From Lama glama (Eukaryota): a stretch of 60,000 bases of DNA. Of this stretch, positions 52,729-60,000 are shown piece by piece (positions within the stretch are counted from its first letter, which is position 1; every line of letters starts with the position of its first letter). The stretch is taken from NCBI GenBank assembly GCA_028534125.1, contig CM052817.1:56918001-56978000 (forward strand), in the 5' to 3' direction. Below the pieces are notes generated by a model that worked only from the letters and a program-made list of their open reading frames with translations, had not been told where the DNA came from and ran no database searches. The translations under genes and the position numbers were made by a program.

Positions 52729-53219
52729 CTGTAGTTCTTCCACAAAATCTTTTTGTTCAGGACCTCTTTATACTCTTATGAACTATTGAGAACCCCAAAG
52801 AAATTTTGCTTACTTTGGGTTATATCTATGGATATTTACTGTGTTCAAAATTAAAACAGATTATTTTAGAATATTTATTAACTTATTAAAATTATAATAA
52901 ATCCATTGCATATCAACAAAAATTACATATTTTATGAAAAATAACTATTTTCTGAAAAAAACTAGTCAGTAGAGTGTGTTGATTTATTTTGCAAATCTAT
53001 TCAATGTCTGGCTTAATAAAAGACAGTTATATCCTTACACTTGCTTCTTCATTCCATCAGTTATAATATCCAACTCTACCATATACTCATGAGAGAATGA
53101 GAGTGAAAAAGGGTATTTAAGATATAAGCAGTATTATAAAGACAAGTTTCACCTCACAAACCCCCTACTGGATCTCTAGGATTCTCAAGTGTCACTGCAA
53201 CACACTCTAAGAACCACTA
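52729..53219 (-). mobile_element. hAT DNA transposon Charlie1b-like
   Basis: ttattgagaaccccaaag-type segment, aatgtctggcttaataaaagacag, actcatgagagaatgagagtgaaaaagg, end cacactctaagaaccact. Confidence 0.82.
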
Positions 53220-54082
53220 CTCTACACCAAATTCAGAACCATGGAAAAAAGATTGAGAATTTCAAATTGCCTGTGGAAGAACAAGGAAGCCAGAGAAAAA
53301 GTATCTCTTTAGTTGAAGGGTACATGGGAGAAATTTTTAAACACCTATAGAAACAAAAGTTGACAGCTAACATAATTATTTTAAGTAGATAATAGTGTGG
53401 AGAACAAAGGACCTTAAATTGAACTTCACTTAACAGTGGGAACTTGCTTCAAATTAACAAACACAAGGTTCCACAAGTTTATTGGGAAACCAGTGATTCA
53501 AGCTGTAAAACACAAGAACATCTAAGTTACAGGGGCCCATAGAGGTTATCTTTCATCATTTTTAATTCTTTCATTTTAATTACAATAATTTGGGACCCAC
53601 CAGACTAGAGGCTTTAATAAGACAACTGAATTCAATTTTCCCGGATCCCAATTAACCATTCTTTACTCTTCACTATGCTACAGAACTGAAAAATAACATT
53701 TCAAATAAGCCCAGCACTGGGTAATCTAATTGTTATTAACATTTGGAAGAGGGATATTAGTGATTTCTTTGAATATTTAACGAAATCTAAGAATCCATTC
53801 CCCAGAAAAATATACAAAGGCACATACACATAAGTCCCTGAAGTCCAAGCATGAATTACCTAGGGCTCAGTGTATCCCGTTAAGAACCGCCAGGCCAGTT
53901 TAAAAACACACACACAATTCTGGGATCCATACATTTGAGAAGTGAAAAACTGGAGGGCAGAATATAATAAAAGTTACAGGACTTAACGTCATTTACATTA
54001 TTTATTTAACAGACCAAATTTTATTAATTTGATACAGACTAACATAGTATCAAATAAGAATAAACCTCTTCCAAAATAGGGT

Positions 54083-54250
54083 TCATTCATTCATTCACAA
54101 ATATTTTAAATGCCTACTGAAAGCCAGGCATTTTGCTAGGTCCTGAGGATAAAAGGTGAGTATAACTGACAATATTCTGTACAATAATGGAGACTAGTGA
54201 GAGAGATAGACATTAAATAAGCATACAACATACATCAAGAATAAAAATAT
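54083..54250 (-). mobile_element. L2 3' end
   Basis: ttcattcattcattcacaaatattttaaatgcctactgaaagccaggcattttgctagg. Confidence 0.8.
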
Positions 54251-54645
54251 TAAGCCTTCCCCACATGAACTCTCAGCTTCTCCCAAGTTACAATCTAAGA
54301 ACCTCCTCAAACACCATCCACCCCCAATGCCAGAAGATGGTTAAAGCATCATTTTAATCACTATATGGTCAGTGACACAAAAAGAGTGAACATCTTTTTT
54401 CTTTCAAATAGAATAATTTATTTTGTCATATAGGTCCTTCTTTGAAATGTTTCCCATCAAGACAGGCCTATGGCTGCCTCCTCCTTCATGATAAAAACCG
54501 TTTCCAGAAGAAGTTTTGGGGTGGACAACTCAAATCTCATGTAGAAGAAGCTAATTTTCCTGATTCTTAGATTGGTGTCTCCCTGCCTCATCTTGTTAGT
54601 AGTGGTGAGGTCTTAAAGGCCAAGATCAGGATGTGAATCTATGAT

Positions 54646-54850
54646 AATGCTGCCCAAGAGAACATTCTATTGATGACGAAAGTGCCAAGTACAGTAGCTA
54701 CTAGACATACGTGTCTATTAAGCATTTTAAATGTGACCAGTATGGCTGAGAAATTGAATTTAAATTCTTTTAATTTAACATTTTTATTTTATTAATTAAA
54801 AAAATTAAATAGCCACATCTGGGTAGCGGCTATCATACTGCACAGCACAG
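54646..54850. mobile_element. hAT-Charlie MITE MER3-like
   Basis: gtagctactagacatacgtg...ttaaatgtgaccagtatggctgagaaattgaattt...aatagccacatctgggtagcggctatcatactgcacagc. Confidence 0.82.
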
Positions 54851-54984
54851 AGAAAGAAGAACACAAAGGCCTGCCTTCAGTCTGTTTTAGGCTATAGACA
54901 TAAAGGAGTCCTCTTGGATCACAGTTTTAACTTTCCAGTTCACCAAATCTATATTCACTTTCACAATGCAACATTCAATAAGAC

Positions 54985-55385
54985 AGATTATAAAACAATC
55001 CACAACCAATTTTAAAAATTGAAATAATACAAAATATATTATCTGACCATTTCAGAATTAAACTTGTAATCAGCAACAGAAAAATATTTGGAAAATATCT
55101 AAATATTTATAAATTAAATAATATACTACTAAATAACTCATGGGTCACAGAAGAATTTGAAAATACTTTTAACTGAATAAAAATGAAAACACAGTATATT
55201 CAAGTTTGTAAGATACAGCTAAAGGTGGCTTAGAGGGAAATGTATAGCATTAGATGCTTATACTAGAAAATAAGTTTTTTTGGTCAACAAGCTAAGCTTC
55301 TACTTTAAGAAGATAGGGGGGCAAAAAAGAGGAAACTAACCCTAAAGCATAGAAGAGAAAGGAAATAATAAAGAACAAAAGTCAC
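54985..55385 (+). mobile_element. Old L1 ORF2 fragment (end of endonuclease domain)
   Basis: aaattgaaataatacaaaatatattatctgaccat (SDH motif)...aaataactcatgggtc...cttagagggaaatgtatagcatt. Confidence 0.85.
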
Positions 55386-55925
55386 TTCACTTGCAAACAA
55401 AAAAAGAGAGAAAATAAACACCACTAAAAATCTATTACACCTCCACACCCCTCCCCCTAAACACAATTCCTTGTGAAAAGTGTGTATCATCTTTAAGCAT
55501 GTCTCAGATATAACTTTCTCTATGCCATCCAAAGGAGGCTATTGCTCTTCCCTAAAAGTAGTTTTAAAGTGGTAATGTTCTTCTCTCCAAGATGATATGG
55601 GTAAAGACTGGCTTCATCCCCCACAGGTAAATAAAGGGATTATGCCCCTCTGAAAATTCACTTCCTGACATTAAATCAATGGCTCATAGTTTATTCTCTC
55701 CTTTGACTTAATACATGTCAAAGAAATACATTTAATCACTTTCTCAGAAACTATTCTGAGTTTATCAAGTGAAGAATTGATAGACTGTGATCAAATCCCT
55801 AGTATAAGAAGCACACCTTGGAAATGGCAGAAAAATAAGAAATCTTAGTGTTAAATTTGAAATTCAACAATGATAAACTATGATGTCCCTGTGTTTGGTC
55901 ATTTCAAAAGGTGTATATTACAGCT

Positions 55926-56301
55926 ATTAAAAATGATTAACGAAGACAATTTAGGTGACACACATAAACTTAGCACTTCACAAAGTGGAAAGTCTTCTTT
56001 CAGGGAACTGCAAAATTGGGTGGAAGGCAGTAAGTTTTTGTAGGATAAAGAATAAAAAACAGGAAGGAGAAAAACAGAAAATATCTGACTGACTGGAATC
56101 ACATAGTCAACTTTGGAGTGAAAAGGAACAAGAAAGTAATTTAGAGACCCACAGTTGGCCTGGTATTAGTGATTGGACAACTGGATATACTGCATTTCTG
56201 GTCAAGCAAAGCGTTTACAGGGACATGAAAGTTTTGGTTTGCTTACATGGCACCCTGGGAAAAGAGTGACTTCATCTTAGGCCTAGGAAGTTATTTCAAC
56301 A
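55926..56301 (-). mobile_element. 3' LTR of ERV1 (MER4-group) provirus; left boundary uncertain
   Basis: Minus strand: polypurine tract tcaaaagtgggaagc directly followed by TGTTGAAATAA...aagatgaagtcac. Confidence 0.65.
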
Positions 56302-59300
56302 GCTTCCCACTTTTGATCATCCTCTTGACCAGTCAAAAGATTTGATCAAACATATTGGTCTTAGTATGCCTTTCAGATACCATTGTTTCTCTGAATCTCA
56401 GTGCAGTATTCAAAACAGATGATGTTAGCCTCCAGTTTTAGTTATGTTCTATTCTCCTTTGTTGGACAGGATCATTTCCTGACTTATTTGATTCTAGCTG
56501 GTTTAAGTCTTGGGGACCTTGGCTCAGGAGAGCTCTCCAAACCATGGGCATTGTTTCATTGCTAATAATGATTACTGTCTCCTTAATATGCTGCATTCTC
56601 TCAGAAGTTATAAATGCACGTAGGAAGACACTGACGAGCTGACGGATGGTCTCTCTTAGGGTGGAGCAACAAAACATCTTATCAAGTGAGAGATAAATCC
56701 TTTCAAAATTTCCAGAGACCCTCTGGGAAATCTCAGTTAGTCTGAGTTCAAAAAGACTGCCTTTAGAATTTGATTTTGAGAAAATGTCAAAAGGTTTGAA
56801 CATCTGATTAAATAGAATCATAGATCATTATGAAATAATACTTAATTATCTTTTAGCCAAAGTAACAGTAGTAGATTTTAAAGGCAAATACAGGTTACAT
56901 TGCTGTGTACAAAACTTAACTCTTTTAATATTGAGAAGACTGGGTTTTTCTAAGTAATCAAAGACCTGAAAACAACAACTGTGAAGCACAGTGAATTATT
57001 TTAGCAAGACAAAACTCAAAATGTTTGCTTTCCAGGTAGATTACCCAAAACATTAAAAAACAAAAACAAAAAAAACCTTTCACAATCTATTATCAAGAGC
57101 AGATCAATAGGTCAAGTAAACTTTGTCCTTTCATCAGAGAAAAAGCCAAATTCTAACTTTACACCAGTATACTTTCATAATAAAATTTTCTTAATTAAAT
57201 AAATTTATTCTAATCTTGGCCAGCTTGACCACACATAAAATTCCTTTCCCAGGATTCCTTTTCTACAAACCTTCTACAACAATTTTATGTCCATTCCGAT
57301 TTTGTCAGATGTTTTTCCCTCCTTTTCATTCTGAAACAATCAGGTATTTCACTTTAAGACAAAATTACTCTTTTTCCCTTACAAAAACACCTCTTCATAC
57401 CTAACACCTTTTCTTGCCAAAGACATATGCTATTTTCCTTGCATAAAGATGTCTCCTTTATTACTTCTAGTAGTTTTAATTACATACATTAATTAAATTC
57501 TTAACCTTAGAAACCTTAATTCCTAGTAAAAACTAAGAAGTAGGTTGTGGACTGTCTGTTACACTAGCATTAGGTAGAGTGGCAAATTTATAAATACATT
57601 CCATAATTCAATTCCTGGTAGTATGCTGTTCCTCACAGTAAATTTTTCAATATGGCACAAAGCACATTTACAAATAGAACCAAATAGCTTTAGTTCGTCT
57701 ATTAAAAAGTCCAAATGGATAAACCTATGGTCAGTAATTGCTGTTTCAGTATCTTATTCAGACATGATTTAGATATTTAATAAATATCTATCATTTAACT
57801 TATCTCATTATAACTTTGTTTCAAGCTACCGAAAAGATTTTGGAAACTATTTTTAAGTAGACATACCATAAAGTATAATTATTATTGAAAAGTTCATTTA
57901 TAAATATTTACCTTGCTTACATCTATTTAATTCACTTGCTCTTAACAATTATGTTTAGGCTAACTATAAAAATTCCATGAGACATTAAACAGCTAACCAT
58001 TATCTTAAATTATCTTTCTTGCTGATAAATTTTGTTACAGAGATATCATGAGCTTCTCTGTTTGGTAACCCTAGGCAAAATGAAAGTATTATACTTGATG
58101 ATAACTCTAAAGACAATGAAACCAACAAACTTAAACTAGCTTTTATTTACCAAAGGTTATCCTAGATCACATGAACTTGAAAAACATTACAGTTAGTTCC
58201 TATATTTCTGAGAGCATATTTTGATTTATATAAACGTTTAATTTTTCTTAATTCAAGTAAATAGAGCTCTATATAAATTAATTTGTAATACCATTGCAGG
58301 TAGAAAAAAATCACACATTTGTAACATATATATAGACATACATAAACATACAGACTCAAAGATCTTACAACTTTTGTTTTAAAATTTTAGCCATGAGACA
58401 GATGCAGTAACACAAAACTCACAAGTTTATGAAAGAAAAATACTGTTTCTGGCAGATGAAATAAGTTAAGGTTACTTGCTTAGATGGTTAAAACTTTTAC
58501 TAGTATTTGTGAAGTAGACTTGTAAGATTTTTCTTTTGCCTAGTTACCAAATAGCCTTTCCCTTTTTTTTCTCCTTTTTTTCCCTTCTGATAAGAATTAC
58601 CTCCATAAAGCTTGTGTTTCAAAGAGACCTGAGTTCCTAGAGAAGACTGGGTAGAATATTTACACCTCAAAGGCACAAAGATGTATGCAAGTTCCTCCTA
58701 AATCCAGAATTTTTATAATGCCTATAGTCCTTTTGAGATGAACAGGGGAGGTCTGGAGATTGGTTAAAAAGGATAGGTAGGCTTTTTCTGTTCTTGTAAA
58801 AACTCAATTTGTAAGACAAATTGGACAAGTTGTCCTCAATTTATAGGACAGTTGTTTCTAATTCCTCAAAGAATTGGACTGTAACCGGAAATGATATTAA
58901 GGTGTTGACCCACCCATCCTACTAGATTATCTTCAATTAAGCTAGAAATTTTTTAAGTTCCTATGTTCTATATTTAAAGCTATTTGTTTTTAGAATGTTA
59001 TTATTTCCCTCTGGGTACAAAGTTTCATTTTGCTTAGGGGAGAAGGCCTTTAAAGAAGTTTCTATCAGGCTCTGAATATCAGCTTTCAATTTGGCCAACG
59101 TTTGACCATAGAGTCACTCTAAAAAAAAAAAAAAACTCATTCAAATATCTTGTCAGGCTTCGGTTGGTATAAATAATAAATATTCTTGGCAGTATCAAAT
59201 GACCTCATGGACTAAAGAGGCATCACCAAAGAGGGTACAAAGATAATATTCTCCCAAGATTCAAAGGCACTCCCAAAAGTAGCGAAAATAAAGTGCTGAC

Positions 59301-60000
59301 AATTCTCGGACAGCTGGCCACAGCTGGTAGGACCCTAGCCACAAATGGAGTGCAACTCACATTTTTGTCCAGCCAAATCTTTGAGCCCCCAACTTGACAG
59401 TTGAGCTGCCTACATAATGCAAGAGCTGACAGTCTGCATGCCCCAGGCAGGGAAAAAGCCAAGCCAAGTTACCAGGACACAAAAAGAGACAAACAAGAAG
59501 GCAACAGCTGTTCCTGAGAGAGAAAGGATCGGCAACTAACAGGCACCCCCTAAAAAATTCACAAGAGTCTAGATTTATAAAAGAAGGGACATCTTGAAGT
59601 TTATCTTCCTTTTTCAACCAGGCACTGTAGAGATCCCAGAAAGCTGACTCTGGTTAAAATTTTGTTTCTAGTTTTGCAGTTTTTTCAGCATGGAAAGGCA
59701 ATTCAGATAGATTAGGAGCATGTGAGTCCTCGGGTAAAGGAAGATAGAGGGGAGTAGGAGTCACATAGTCTTACAGTCTTTCGTTTTAGGTATCTCTAGT
59801 GTCTTTAAGTTTTCATAAGCCTTTTGCAATAAATATTTCAATGAAGTTATTTTGGAATCTTCTAAGTAAAATAGGTATCCCATTCTGTTTGTTGATTTGG
59901 GAACCCTTGCTTTCAAATGCACTTCTTAAATGAACGATTTTGTCTAACTGAAATGTTTTCCATAATGGCCATTGTCATTCTAGGCTGTCCTAGTAAGACT
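56302..60000 (-). mobile_element. ERV1 MER4-group non-autonomous internal sequence, continuing beyond the window
   Basis: AT-rich tracts such as tttagaatttgattttgagaaaatgtcaaaaggtttgaacatctgattaaatag and aatcttggccagcttgaccacacataaaattcctttc resemble recalled MER4-group internal consensus (antisense). Confidence 0.75.
56442..56696 (+). pseudogene. env: Retroviral env TM-subunit C-terminal remnant
   Basis: Plus frame from 56469: GSFPDLFDSSWFKSWGPWLRRALQTMGIVSLLIMITVSLICCILSEVINARRKTLTS*RMVSLRVEQQ; Trp-rich membrane-proximal region, hydrophobic TM, cytoplasmic tail. Confidence 0.75.

Noticed and set aside
56438..56821. 127-aa minus-strand ORF as a possible env or novel gene
   Set aside because: The env-like peptide is on the opposite strand; this frame has no recognisable motif and spans an inferred breakpoint
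1..60000. CRISPR arrays, operons or prokaryotic defence systems
   Set aside because: Sequence is mammalian; no regularly spaced repeat-spacer array or gene-dense segment, and no sign of bacterial contamination

Overview
AT-rich, CpG-depleted mammalian genomic DNA, almost certainly from a camelid (camel, alpaca or llama). It carries a Vic-1-type tRNA-derived SINE and cetartiodactyl-type L1 3' ends. I recognise no intact protein-coding gene, rRNA or tRNA gene, or CRISPR array. The ORFs in the track are L1 ORF2, L2 or ERV remnants, or chance open frames. Much of the window is old interspersed repeat: L1, L2, MIR, MaLR MLT1 LTRs, hAT-Charlie MITEs, and a MER4-group ERV1 provirus running off the right edge. 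Between these lie repeat-poor blocks (about 16.0-18.1, 35.1-38.8 and 40.2-41.3 kb) that look like non-coding regulatory DNA, as in a large intron or gene desert. The most notable observations are: a short ORF resembling the N-terminal half of 5-hydroxyisourate hydrolase (borderline), an env TM remnant inverted inside its provirus, a twin-primed 5'-inverted L1 with target-site duplication (TSD), and a perfect 20-bp SOX-dimer palindrome. I see no convincing new biological system. Repeat family names come from recalled consensus sequences, not a database search, and boundaries are approximate.
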